A stretch of 64,000 nt of DNA from Eledone cirrhosa (GCA_964016885.1 OZ024741.1:369954001-370018000), one strand, 5' to 3'; positions 14,877 through 28,524 are shown, counted from the stretch's first letter. The notes: generated by a model from the sequence alone, not told the origin. Translations and numbers: made by a program.

Positions 14877-14943
14877 ACATATAGTAAGTACAGTGAATGT
14901 TTTGAAATTTATTTTAAAATTTTTTCTTTATTTGCTTTTCCTT

Positions 14944-15016
<73 letters not shown>

Positions 15017-15019
<3 letters not shown>

Positions 15020-15168
15020 TTATTAAAATAACAGATTAAAGTTTAAGCAAAGAATCGCTGCTTTCACCCTTAACGGGATCTTCTGAAACTGGTTAGTTTC
15101 AGAAGATCCCGTTAAGGGTGAAAGCAGCGATTCTTTGCTTAAACTTTAATCTGTTATTTTAATAAATA
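15017..15168. mobile_element. Family C perfect palindrome (about 74-bp arms, GGTT loop)
   Basis: Exact inverted repeat centred at 15091-15094; single arm also at 47947-48015. Confidence 0.9.
15095..15145 (+). ncRNA. HHR-like fold with variant CAGAAGA core (mirror copies 15040-15090 -, 47964-48014 -)
   Basis: AGUUU CAGAAGA U CCC guuaa GGG U GAAA GCA gcgauucuu UGC UU AAACU; all three stems pair. Confidence 0.65.
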
Positions 15169-15251
15169 TTTGCTCCACGGTTCTTATATATTTGATATAT
15201 ATTTTCCTTATCGAGCCCTCTTTGGATTTTAGTCTTCAATTTTATTATTAT

Positions 15252-15293
<42 letters not shown>

Positions 15294-16097
15294 GGGGAGA
15301 GAGATATTACACCTCATTAACCCACCACCACAACCACCACCAGACACACACCTAAATTCATCTTTAATATAGAAAATTGTTGAAGGTATTCTTTATAAAT
15401 TTAAGAGAGTTGATTCAGCTAAAAGAAATGAATTTGAAAAACATCCTGCCATTATATTCATCAAAGGTCATTTATTGAAATGGAACCAGGCCACTTTTAC
15501 AGCCCCTTTCTTAAACACTATTTAAAGAAAAAAAACCAACATTCCCAACTCATTATCTTGCCGTCATCATTCACCATTTTCTGTGTATATATGTATATAT
15601 ATATATATGTATGTGTGTGGTGTGTGTGTGTGTATGCCTTAATTCCTTTAAATCTTTATCAACACTCCTTCACTCCCACACTCATTAACACCGCACCCCA
15701 CACCCCAGACATATCTAAATCTCTTTTATATATAGAGTCACACATCACAACACAACCTGATCTCAGTTTGACAATCCACCGACAAATGCGAGAAAGTTCT
15801 CCAGGAAAGTTAACTAGGAATCTTTAAAATTCTTCCCAGCGAATTAACAAAGAACTTACTAGATCTAGTAACTCATAATATTAAAATAATTATAAAATTA
15901 AACAAAATTGTTTAAAACTACAAGTGAAGTCATTCTTTTCCCTTTTTCATATATATATATATATATATATATATGAGTTGAGTTTGAATTATTTTTCCCA
16001 CATCTTACGTTAACTATTTTTCCCATTTTGACGCTATAGTCACTTATATATTATGGAATACTGTTGGCTTTTTGCTACAATGTTTTCTATACCTTTC

Positions 16098-16223
<126 letters not shown>

Positions 16224-16902
16224 ATCGGAGAAAGCTAATAGCGATACTCCGGCCAAATTCCAACTCCCTCAACAAACATTAGGAAATATCTGAGTATATT
16301 CCTAATTAAACGTTCAGGGTGCTAACTATATTGTATTGCGTGGAAAATTGGCTGTATCATTTCATATGAGATATATCAAATATATCACTTCTCAGACGAC
16401 TCGTTTCATTATAAGATTTCTACAAGTTATATATATATATACATGTACATGTGTGTGTGCCCCAACTCAGCATTCTCATTTCTTAAGACTTCCTAATTGC
16501 GTACAAAACAAATAACATATAAAAAGTGCCCATGTCGGTTTTAACTAAGGTCTTGTTAATGCATGTGAACCATTGGATTTGTGCTTAGTTTCGAAACCGT
16601 GTCAACAGATTAGAAACAGCATTTCGTTAAAATTCATTATTTTATCAAGATCCCTGACAAATAGTGTGATTCATCAAATTTAAGTTGAGAATAAAAACCT
16701 TAACAACAATTTCAAAAGAAATCTATTATGATATCTCAATTTTGTATTGAAATCATTAGATTTCTCTTATTACGAGAGTATCTTTGCAGAAATTAGGAAT
16801 AAGCGTCATACAATCTCATGTAGCTTGTATAGTAATGGTAAATTTTCTCGAAAAACTGGCGACAATCTATCATAATTCTCACCATTATTATGATGCGAAA
16901 AA

Positions 16903-17562
16903 GGTGGACTGGCAGTATCGGTAAAGAGTCGGACGCAATGCTTTGACGCATAGAGTTACGGCCCTTGCCATTCTGAGTTCGAATCCCGCCGAGGTTGACT
17001 TTGCCTTTCATCCTTACGGGGTCGATAAAATAAAGTACCAGTAATGCACTGGGTAATTGCTGGCTTTGTTCCAAAAGTAGAAATAATTATTATGATGCGA
17101 AAAAGGGCGGTGGATTAACAGTATCGGTAGAGAGTCGGATGCCATGCTTTGCAGCATAGCTTTACGGCTCTTTATTATCTGAGTTCAAATCCTACCAAGG
17201 TTAACTTTACCTTTAATCCTTACGGGGTCGATAAAATAAATGACCAGTCACGCACTGGGGTTGTTCTAATCGACTTTCCCTTGCTCCCGAAAATTTCTGG
17301 CCCTGTGCCTACATAAGAAACTATTATTATGATGCGAAAAAAGCGGTGGGTTGACTGCATCGGTAGAGGGTCGGATGCCATGCTTTGCAGCATAGAGTTA
17401 CGGCTCTTTATTATCTGAGTTCAAATCCTACCAAGGTTAACTTTGCCTTTCATCCTTACGAGGTCGATAAAATAAAGTACCAGTCAGGCACTGGGGTCGA
17501 TTTAATCGACTTTCCCCTCGCCCAAATTACTGGCTTTGTGCCTATAGTAGAACTCATTATTA
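16903..17562 (+). mobile_element. Three tandem Meta-domain-like SINEs separated by a repeated target sequence
   Basis: ATTATTATGATGCGAAAAAG (or close variant) near 16885, 17086, 17325 and 17557. Confidence 0.85.
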
Positions 17563-17686
17563 TGATACGAAAAGGGCAAACAAAGAGAGAATGGAATATA
17601 ACGGGTGCGTAAAACTGCGGATGGGAGTAAAATCTACAAACATGACTGAACAATTTTACGTTTATTTGTTCTCTCCTTCTCCGAAC

Positions 17687-17722
17687 TTTCCTGAAGTAGG
17701 ACTTGTATACGAAACGTTGAAA
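17687..17722 (+). ncRNA. Degenerate HHR in a TA-anchored element
   Basis: UUUC CUGAAGUA...C GAAACGUU GAAA; core position 9 and stem II are mutated. Confidence 0.4.
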
Positions 17723-18027
17723 CTTCCTCCAATTTCTCCAAGCGTGAACCTATTATAACTGTAAATTTTCCTCCTGTATTTTGTTTCATTTATAAACTAT
17801 ATATATAGGAAAAGAGTCAGAACCCTGACGGGTGAGCTCCGGCCGTTTCGACTAGATAACGAATATTCCTTATCACGGTTTTTTAAAAAGATAATTCCAG
17901 AAAGACTCGTTCGGATCTAGCTGTCGAAACGGCCAGAGCTCAGCCGCCGGGGTCCTGACTCTTTTTATATCACCCACTCTACTACCCTAAGTATTGAGTA
18001 CTCTAGTATCTTACCACAACCTCTTTG

Positions 18028-18083
<56 letters not shown>

Positions 18084-18087
<4 letters not shown>

Positions 18088-18370
18088 TAAAGAAAACGAA
18101 AAGTCAGTGATGCGTCTGGACTCAATTTATTGCGTGTTACAATTGTATCGCCGGCAGGTAGCTCGAGACATGGTTCCTGTATGGATCTGGCTGGTTCTAC
18201 GGCTGCAGGTACCTGCCGGCGAAACAATTGTAACACGCAATAAATTGAGTCCAGATGCATCACTGACTTTTCGTTTTCTTTATACTATCTACACTCTACT
18301 CTGCTGAATATTGAGGGTTAATTTTGGCATACCGCCTATCGAAGCACCATAGCTACCATTATACACAAGT
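18084..18370. mobile_element. Family H fold-back element
   Basis: Arms 18084-18160 and about 18205-18285 inverted; contains GAAACAATTGTAACACG (HHR stem III and 3' strand of stem I). Confidence 0.8.
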
Positions 18371-18387
18371 ATATATATATATATATA

Positions 18388-18723
18388 TAGGAAGGATAAA
18401 AAGGGCGATTGATTATTCCTTCATTGCATTTATTGATAGGTGACGCGCGTTTCGCCACTGATCAGCTCAAGGTTCGATCTATATCGATCCTACCGGACTC
18501 AATAATCCGCAGCTCGACGGACCTTCCCGAAATGCTATAAGAAAATGAAATAGCATGTATTTCATTTTCTTATAGCATTTCGGGATGGTCCGTTCGAGCT
18601 GCGGATTATTGAGTCCGGTAGGATCGATATAGATCGAACCTTGAGCTGATCAGTGGCGAAACGCGCGTCACCTATCAATAAATGCAATGAAGGAATAATC
18701 AATCGTCCTTTTTATCCTTTCTA
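18388..18723. mobile_element. Family I near-perfect palindrome (about 165-bp arms) with Penelope-type HHR 3' half
   Basis: Centre near 18555; CGAAACGCGCGTC at about 18657-18669. Confidence 0.85.
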
Positions 18724-18828
18724 TATATTACACTCTGTATAGCTCTACACATCATCACAGAAGTGAACCTAACTAAACATCGAGTGCTCACCCGGGTGAA
18801 CGTGCAGTAACTCCTAGTTACACCCCCT

Positions 18829-18884
<56 letters not shown>

Positions 18885-18893
18885 ATATATATA

Positions 18894-18944
<51 letters not shown>

Positions 18945-19091
18945 TATGCTGGTTAAAGTTTGAAACATTAGGTATCATGCATTTGTGTTGAAATCTTCAT
19001 GTAATATATTTTGGCTTTATACATTTTTACGTTACATAGTCGCATTTTTTCCTTGATCAATTCTTTAGAAATTCTTATCACTATAGATATG

Positions 19092-19144
<53 letters not shown>

Positions 19145-19629
19145 TTTATATAAATATATATATATATGTGTGTGTGTGTGCGTGTGTGTATGTATATATT
19201 TTAATATATGTGTATATATACACACATACATACACACACATACACAGACACACAGACACACAGACACAGACACATAAACACACACACATATATACATACA
19301 TACACGTATACACGGTGACATAAACCCAGATAGATTTCATCCCAATACCAAACGAATTAGTAATACATATATATTATAATTACCCCCCTAAAACATAAGA
19401 TGTGTAGAAAAAAAAATTATTTTTTATAAAAATCACACACAAAAAGAACAACTTATTACACTTTTCCATCAAACCGACCCTTTTATATTCCTTATCTCAG
19501 TTTTTTTTAAGATAATTCCAGAGAGACTCTTTCTCTAACAGCCGCACCACTAAGACCAGAAAATGGCTGCCAAGAAGAACAATGGGAAAAAAATAATGAA
19601 CAAAACAAAAATACCCAGGAAGAAAATAA

Positions 19630-19701
<72 letters not shown>

Positions 19702-19740
19702 GTATATATATATGTATATATATATATATATATATGTGTG

Positions 19741-19822
<82 letters not shown>

Positions 19823-19824
19823 TG

Positions 19825-19896
<72 letters not shown>

Positions 19897-20020
19897 AATA
19901 TGTATATATATATCTATGTATGTATATATGTATATATGTATATATATATATATGTATATATATATATGTATATAAATATGTATATGTATATATATATGTA
20001 TATAAATATGTATATATATC

Positions 20021-20083
<63 letters not shown>

Positions 20084-20183
20084 CAAATGAAGAAAAGAAA
20101 GAGAAAGTTATCTAATTGGCAGCAATAGAGAGCTCGATAACGATCTAGCGTCCATCTTGTTACGACTGTAGACTGTGTGGAGT

Positions 20184-20227
<44 letters not shown>

Positions 20228-20310
20228 GTGAGTGTGTGTGAGTATATACATAATGTATATATATATATATGTACCTCTCTCTCCCTCTCTATTTCGTATA
20301 TATATATATA

Positions 20311-20506
20311 TATTTAATTTGGTCTAGTAAAACCAACATCGACAGCTCCTTCCGTTTCCTAAAGTTAAAAATAATCATATAGTTCGTTAGTCCGCCATGT
20401 TGGATTCCAATATGGCGGAATGGCAGTCTACGTGATTTTTTTCACGTAAGAAACTACAAGTATGCAAGTAGCCTCTAGTGTTGGTTTCTGTCGACCAAAT
20501 TAAATA
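20311..20506. mobile_element. MITE-like or fold-back element
   Basis: Imperfect TIR TATTTAATTTGGTC....AAACCAACA; central palindrome TCCGCCATGTTGGATTCCAATATGGCGGA. Confidence 0.55.
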
Positions 20507-20627
20507 AATACACCACTTTTACGGCATTGAGTACCGTTTTTGTCATTCGTTACTTCACTTACACACACTTATACACATATATAATATGAATATGTATAGA
20601 CAAACACATGTATGTGTACTTGTGTGC

Positions 20628-20748
<121 letters not shown>

Positions 20749-20759
20749 TATATATATAT

Positions 20760-20792
<33 letters not shown>

Positions 20793-21147
20793 TATATATA
20801 TATGTCTGTGTGTGTGTGCATGTATATGCATACATATATACACAATGTATATACAGCGTAAATACATAACATATACAGTGTATTTCCACATACGGCCATC
20901 TCTACATTATTCAATATGACCCTATATTAAAGACGATAATATGTGTATGATATGCTTGAGATTTATGGGTGGTATTTTTAGCAGATCGTGTAGCCATATG
21001 GAGGTAACCCTGCTGTCTGTAATGTTTTGATTTTTTTAGCCGGTATTATAAATGGTTTCATCAAAATCCTAGACGTGGTATTAATTACACTATATCTATG
21101 TTGTAATAATTATATATAGCAGAACTCCAATCTCCATCCTTATTGTG

Positions 21148-21437
21148 AATTGGCAGTATCGTTAGAGGATTGGACGCCGTGCTTTCTAGCATAGTTACGT
21201 CCCTTTACAGTCTGAGTTCAAATCCCGCCGAGGTTAACTTTGCCTTTCATCCTTACGGGGTCGGTAAAATAAAGTACCAGTAATGTACTGGGTAACTGCT
21301 GGCCTTGTGCCTAAAGTAGAAACAATTATTTGTTTCTACCTTTGACACAAGGCCAGCAATTCTCCCAGTGTATTACTGGTACTTTATTTTATCGACCCCG
21401 TAAGGATGAAAGGCAAAGTTAACCTCGGCGGGATTTC
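21148..21437. mobile_element. Tail-to-tail Meta-like SINE pair flanked by a 23-bp direct repeat
   Basis: AACTCCAATCTCCATC.TTATTG near 21123 and 21438. Confidence 0.75.
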
Positions 21438-22234
21438 AACTCCAATCTCCATCATTATTGACCATGAGTTTGCACCTAGCAAGTGACTCTGCAGGAAGCA
21501 AGGCCCCCACCCTGAGTCTAAGGCCCCCACTCGGTCACGAATGACCATGGTTTTGCACCTAGAAAGTTTCCCTCCGAGGGACAAGCCTGGGCAAGGTTTG
21601 TTTTGTGGAAGACCAGTAGTCACCCATGCATCCCAGTCTCCCCTCTCCATGTCACCAATGTTGTCCAAGGGAAAGGCAATGACCGATACAGCTTGGCACC
21701 AGTGACGGGGCAGCTCATTTCTACAGCTAAGTAAACTGGGGCACCATGAAATAATGTGTCTTGCTCAAGGGCACAACACATAACCCGGTCTGAGAACGAA
21801 CTCACAACCTCTCAATTGCAAGCCCGATATTCTAACCACTAAGCCATCGCCTTAACCCTTCTGAGTAAACCAGGACAATATGAAATAAAGTGTCTTCCTT
21901 AAGAACAACGCGTTGCCCGTTCCGAGAACCGAACATCCTAACTATAAACTACACTATTTCACAGTACAACAATATATAGGCGGAGAATTCTGCATAGTGG
22001 TTAGCATATCAGATAGATGCCATTGTGGTTCACGCTGCTCTGATTTCAAATCCCACCGAGGCCACGTTCGCCTTTCAGCCGATAAATACAGAATCGTTAA
22101 TGCGTAGGACAAAATACTTTGCAACATTTAGCTTCTGCTTTTTACATTCTAGTATTTTTATATTCTAGTATTTTTATATTCTAGTATTTTTATATTCTAG
22201 TATCTATAATTTTTCCAGAGTTGATAAATATGGT

Positions 22235-22545
22235 AGGGTCTCGTAACTCCTGATGGAATCGTAGAGGAGTCGTCTTGGCATACGGCGTATCTTGGGCATT
22301 TTAAGCCTGGTGGAGCCCAACCCTCTCCAGGCCTGGGTATAGCTGATTTCTTCCAGAGAAGAAAGGAGAAAGATACAGAGGAAGAATCGACTCCAGTACT
22401 AGACTGGTATTTTTTTATCGACCTCGAAAGGATGAAAGGTAAAGTTAACCTCGGTGGGATTTGAACTCAGAGGACAGAGAGTTGAAAGAAATACCGCAAA
22501 TCACCCTATCCGACGTTCTAACGACTCTGCCAATTCGCCGCCTTC
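22235..22545 (-). mobile_element. Meta-like SINE variant with alternative 3' extension (also 35615-35915, 49868-50145, partial 42100-42230)
   Basis: Shared CGTAACTCCTGA...GTCGTAGAG...GGGCATTTTAAGCCT module joined to a minus-strand SINE body. Confidence 0.65.
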
Positions 22546-22939
22546 TGATAAAATATAGTACCAGTCAATTACGAGGTCGATATACTCGACTCTACCTAGC
22601 TCTCCCCTCACCCACATCAAAATTACTGGCCTTGTGCCTAAAATTAGAAGCCATTATGAGTGCTGGATCACTTCCAACATCGATATTTATCGATCTAGTA
22701 GACACATAGACATAAAGAATAGTTCCGCATAAAGAGAAAGTGGTATATTTCCTGTGATGGGAGTGGAGAAGGGCTGGGGAAGACAGGTTATTTACAGCGT
22801 ATTTTACAAACAATCCATAATAGGAAAATTAAATATGTTTGACTTTTCCGTAAGAACTTTTATCATTTACTTAAAACATTATTTTAACTACAAATAAACA
22901 AGTTATATATAAATGCAATAACAATGAAAGAGGAATGTG

Positions 22940-23074
<135 letters not shown>

Positions 23075-23086
23075 GTGTGTGTGTGG

Positions 23087-23124
<38 letters not shown>

Positions 23125-23250
23125 GTAGAACACTGGAAGGTTCGAAGGTAATATCCGCAGTGGTAGAGCACTCAGTCCATGGGACGAGTTTGGTAGAAGT
23201 AGTTACACAACATTTAGTTCACCATACCGAGAACAATTCTTTCACCTTAT

Positions 23251-23287
23251 GAGCTGAAGACCCGCATAAGGAGAAACAATCGTTCTC
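23251..23287 (+). ncRNA. Degenerate minimal HHR in an older fold-back element (about 23190-23590)
   Basis: GAG CUGAAGA CCCGCAUAAGGA GAAAC AAUC GUU CUC; inverted arm immediately upstream; 23400-23510 similar to the reverse complement of 58120-58230. Confidence 0.55.
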
Positions 23288-23589
23288 GGTATAGCTGTTG
23301 TGTTACTACTTCTAGTTGCTCGTACATAGCTCGGCTTGTTGTTTATTTGGGCTGTTTTGTTACTGTTTTCTCTTTTCTTCCCTTTTGCTTTCCTTCCCTC
23401 CCTCCTCCGTTTTCCCAATAACTTATCCAGTTATTGACGCCCTGGGGCGAGATATATTGTCTTTAAAGCGTAGAAATTACCGAGACCCCCAGTAGACAAC
23501 TGATGAGCCCCCCCCCCCCCCCATTCTTGCTTTCTTCGTATTCCCACTGGATTTTAAGTTACCTTAAATAGCAACCACACACCCATTTC

Positions 23590-23671
<82 letters not shown>

Positions 23672-23705
23672 GTCTGGAATTAGCTGTCAGGCTCCGACTC
23701 TTTCT

Positions 23706-23740
<35 letters not shown>

Positions 23741-23744
<4 letters not shown>

Positions 23745-24183
23745 ATACTTGGGGAGGGTCATATTTGTGAAATATTGCCAGAATTAATAACAGAACACAC
23801 TCACTGTTTGGTTGGTTTTCGCATATATAAATATATAAACAGACTAAATAAAGATGGCGTAGACATACAATGTAACGGGAGGAAACAATAGCACCACTGA
23901 CGATGTTGCAGATGTGCAACGAAAGAACTTTGATAAACTATATATATGTGTTTGTGTCTATATTGTATCTGTATTATTTTTGACCGTTGGTCAGTCAATG
24001 GCAACATTGAGGACCGAATAAATTAGATTACCGATATAAAAGACACAGAAGCGAGAAGCGAAAACCAACCAAACAGTGAGTGTGTTCTGTTATTAATTCT
24101 GGCAATATTACACAAATATGACCCTCCCCAAGTATAACAATATTTGTTTCGACACACGATTTCATATAAAAAACCTCGCAAAA

Positions 24184-24188
<5 letters not shown>
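23741..24188. mobile_element. Family B fold-back element (another at 40875-41370)
   Basis: Left arm 23741-23822 is the reverse complement of about 24058-24140; TA tracts on both sides. Confidence 0.85.
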
Positions 24189-24223
<35 letters not shown>

Positions 24224-24307
24224 AAAAGAGTAGGACCCCGTCGACTGAGCTCCGGCGGCCGTTTCGACAATAATATATATATATACATGTTGTGTGTGTG
24301 TGTGCGT

Positions 24308-24430
24308 ATTAGTTGCAGCAGAGGGTCTACTGCGAGTTCGGTGGTTTCGGGTAGTAACCTCTACTGATAGTTAGAAGAGGTTACTAGCCGAAACCACCGA
24401 GCTCCGGTAGATCCTCTACTTTCACTAATA
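24308..24430. mobile_element. Small fold-back with HHR 3' half
   Basis: GGTGGTTTCGG.TAGTAACCTCT / AGAGGTTACTAGCCGAAACCACC. Confidence 0.65.
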
Positions 24431-24558
24431 TACACACTCTGCCATGTATTGTGTACTTCTTTGATTTGTGGTCTTCCGAGTCCCAATACTGCAGACTAAC
24501 AATATATATATATATATATAAACGGAAAAATGAAACGAAATTTCATACGAATTACATA

Positions 24559-24611
<53 letters not shown>

Positions 24612-24764
24612 AAAGGGATATATATATATAAGCAAAGGGTAATTCAACAAATATTTTTAAAACAGATTTGAAGCATTCGACAAGTTTTCTGGACTATCCA
24701 AACGGAACTTGAACCGTTAAGATCTGATTCCTGGGTATGTCACTATTTATAAAACAAACTTTGT

Positions 24765-24812
24765 ATTTTATCTGATGAGTGCGTACCAAAGTTTTGGTAC
24801 CCTTGAAATATA
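24765..24812 (+). ncRNA. HHR truncated by (TA)n at stem III (related intact copy 51583-51642)
   Basis: UUUUAU CUGAUGA GUGC GUACCAAA G UUUUGGUAC CCUU GAAA UAUAUA... Confidence 0.6.
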
Positions 24813-25065
24813 TATATATATACATATATATATCGACAGATATTTGATATATGTCAAATCGGACGGAGGAAACAATGTTTCCATTGGTCTTTCCAATTGC
24901 TAGTACTATCTATCGGTTACAACTCGTCTTGCCCAAGGACATAACGCATCACCTTGTCCGGGAATCGAACGCACAACCTCACGATTGTGAATCTAATACT
25001 CTAACCACTCAGCCGCGCGCCTCCATACACACATATATATATATGTGTGTGTGTGTGTGTAAGTA

Positions 25066-25233
25066 TCTTCTTCTTCTTCTTCTTCTTCTTCTTCTTCTTC
25101 TTCTTCTTCTTCTTCTTCTTCTTTCTTAGAGGGTCATCGGGGAAAAATCCTCGAACACTCCTTCCAACGGGTTCTGTGAGAAGGAACCGTCTCCAACTGA
25201 TCTAGCTGCATCCCCAAGCGTGACCAGCCAAGG

Positions 25234-25236
<3 letters not shown>
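25066..25236 (-). mobile_element. RTE-clade LINE 3' tip with (GAA)n tail
   Basis: Minus-strand DLGWSRLGMQLDQLETV..HRTRWK followed by (GAA)n. Confidence 0.6.
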
Positions 25237-25276
<40 letters not shown>

Positions 25277-25284
25277 CATGTATC

Positions 25285-25315
<31 letters not shown>

Positions 25316-25330
25316 TTCTCTCGCTCTCTG

Positions 25331-25362
<32 letters not shown>

Positions 25363-25405
25363 CGTATAGCGGTGGTCACAGTGGTGGCATGAATAGTGGT
25401 AGCAA

Positions 25406-25470
<65 letters not shown>

Positions 25471-25659
25471 AGAGGGTTTGTAGTAGTTGAAGCATTAGTG
25501 GTGGTAGCGTTGGAGGGTTTCGGTGTCGGTAGACGACCTTACGTAAACACAACGTTAATTGCCCAGGTTATATGAGAAGGGGCAGGGGACCGAATACTGG
25601 GTGTTGGGTTACCACAATACTTGATTGTTACTTAACCTTCTTGTCACAATATGTTCACA

Positions 25660-26490
25660 TGTGGTGATGGTGGTAGTGGTGATGGTGGTGGTGGCGATAG
25701 TGGTGGTGGTGGTGGTGGTGGCGGTGGTGTGTGGTGATGATGGTGGTAGTGGTGATGGTGGTGGTGATGGTGATGGTGGTAGTGGTGATGGTGGTTTTGA
25801 TGGTGATGGTGGTAGTGGTGATGGTGGTGGTGACGATAGTGGTGGTGGTGGTGGTGGCGGAGGTAGTGGCGGTGGTGGTGGTGGTGGTGGTGGTAGTGGC
25901 GGTGGTGGTGTGGTGGTGTTGGTGAGGGTGGTGGTAGTGGTGGTGGTGGTGGTGGTGGTGGTAGTGGTGGTGGTGGTGGCGGTGGTGGTAGTGGCGGTGG
26001 TGGTGATGGTGGCGTGCCTCCTTGTTATATGTTGACATAGAGATATGACTGTAGAATTACTATTGCGACTGGTACTTGTGGTGGTGGTGGTGGTGGTGGT
26101 GTGAGCTCCTGGTGGTTGTGTGTGGTGGTGGCGTATGACTATGGTGCTTGTGCATCGTGCTGGTGTGATGGTGGCGTGTGGCCATGGTATTATTGTGTGG
26201 TGGTGTTGGTGGTGGTGGTGGTAGTGGCATGTGGCCATAGTGTTTGTGTGTCGTGGCGGAGGAGGTGGTGGTGGCATGAGGCCATGGTGTTTGTGTTTGG
26301 TACGTTGTGGTTGTGTAGTTGTGCTAGTACTACTGCTGTCAATGATGGTGGTGTGGTGCATATTGATGTTTGTATTTAGTAGTGTCGGTGGTGTTGGTAT
26401 ATAGTGGCGGTACTGAAGGAAATATTGCTAATGGTGGGGATGCTGGTGATGCTGGTGATGATGTGGATGATGAGGATGATGATGATGATG
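25660..26490. repeat. Degenerate (GGT)n/(GAT)n low-complexity tract
   Basis: Directly visible. Confidence 0.9.
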
Positions 26491-27023
26491 ATATCTGCCT
26501 ATACAATATTACACGAACAATAATAGTAATATCAAAACAGAGAAAAGTATGATAATGGCGACAACAACAACATCAAAAATAGTGACAAGAGCGACAGTGA
26601 CATTTGCGCATGCGTTTGAATCACAATATGATTACCTGCGTTTTTCCCCCATCCCTATATAAAAAAATCCCATTTCGGAAGATCTCCCACCGGACTGTAA
26701 GGTTGACTAGAAACCCTGACCGAGGGGCAGATATTGAAGATATAATTAAAGGACTGTGATCACACGTAAACCACGCGGGATCTCGTCTGGAATGAGAGAT
26801 TCTTATGTTTCAGTTGACGAAAAAAGCTAAAACAAAGACACTACTGAGGAAATGTGTAGGAGATAATTGCTCTGCAGCCCGAGTTGAAAATTTCGCAGCA
26901 ACCAAATTTGCCTCTTGTTCTTTCCCGGTCGATAAATAAAGTACTAGTACCAGTCAGGGTACTATAATCCGTTTGGTGAAACACGTGTCCTTGAAGATGG
27001 ATTGCTAATCTGTTGTTGAACTA

Positions 27024-27146
<123 letters not shown>

Positions 27147-27293
27147 TTATTAATAAGAGGAATTCCAACTTTGTCTGATTTACTCGTTTTATTTACAATC
27201 CTTTAAAATTTATAATGGTATTAGAATGAAATAGTATGGTAGAATATTAAATGTTAAGTGTTAATTGAATATATATATGTGTGTGTGTGTATA

Positions 27294-27389
<96 letters not shown>

Positions 27390-27812
27390 TAGATAGATAA
27401 ATATACACGGGTGTGTATGATTGTGTATAGAAGATTATATTAATAAGAGGAATTCCAACTTTGATTTACTCGTTTTATTTACAATCCTTTAAAATTTATA
27501 ATGGTATTATAATGAAATAGTATGATAGAATATTAAATGTTAAGTGTTAATTGAACAAGTACTTTTATGCTTTCGCAATCTTCAGGTTCATAATGTGTGG
27601 TGACATATATATATAGAGAGAGAGATAAATATACATGGGTATGTATGATTGTGTATAGAAGATTATATTAATAAAAGGAATTTCAACTTTGTCTGATTTA
27701 CTCGTTTTATTTACAATCCTTTAAAATTTATAATGGTATTAGAATGAATAGTATGGTAGAATATTAAATGTTAAGTGTTAATTGAATATATATATGTGTG
27801 TGTGTGTATATG

Positions 27813-27888
<76 letters not shown>

Positions 27889-28095
27889 AATGGAAGTACA
27901 GCATATTCGAAGCTCGAGCCGCAGCTAAGCCGACGAATGCAATCAGAAGAGCAGCCAAGCACTCGATAAGGTATAAAACCTTAGAGTAATAACATACCGT
28001 TTAAAGGGCTTTGCAAATTGAATATAACGACCGGTAATTCAGCCGCGGGGAGCGTAGCAACGAAAGAACTAATATACATATATATATACACACAT

Positions 28096-28137
<42 letters not shown>

Positions 28138-28139
<2 letters not shown>

Positions 28140-28452
28140 CGAGGGAATTGTGGTAAGGAACCAGGTGGACCATAACGCACCAGAGTACTTAATACTTAGG
28201 GTAGTAGAATGGGTGGTAGGAAAAGGTATGACTCCGACGGCAGAGCTCAAGCTGTTTCGACGGCTATTTCAGGACTAAATTAGAATTTTTAGCATGGTAA
28301 ATAAATAGCCGAACTTATTACAATCTTCCCATATAAGGAAGTTCCCCTTGATAAGTTCGGCTGTTTATTTACCAGGCTAAAAATTCTAATTTAGTCCTGA
28401 AATAGCCGTCGAAACGGCTTGAGCTCTGCCGTCGGGGTCATACCTTTTCCTA
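28138..28452. mobile_element. Family A fold-back containing the complete ribozyme
   Basis: Left arm 28138-28318 (-), right arm about 28340-28452 (+). Confidence 0.85.
28344..28437 (+). ncRNA. Type I HHR with U3-A8 core (UUGAUAA) and long stem II, family A
   Basis: CCCC UUGAUAA G UU CGGCUGUUU ... AAAUAGCCG UC GAAA CGGC uugagcucu GCCG UC GGGG; stems I, II and III pair. Confidence 0.72.
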
Positions 28453-28478
28453 TATATATATTTATTATTATTACTATA

Positions 28479-28524
<46 letters not shown>

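Noticed and set aside
25609-26379. Gly/Pro/His/Thr-rich ORFs resembling structural proteins
   Set aside because: (GGT)n repeat open in most frames on both strands
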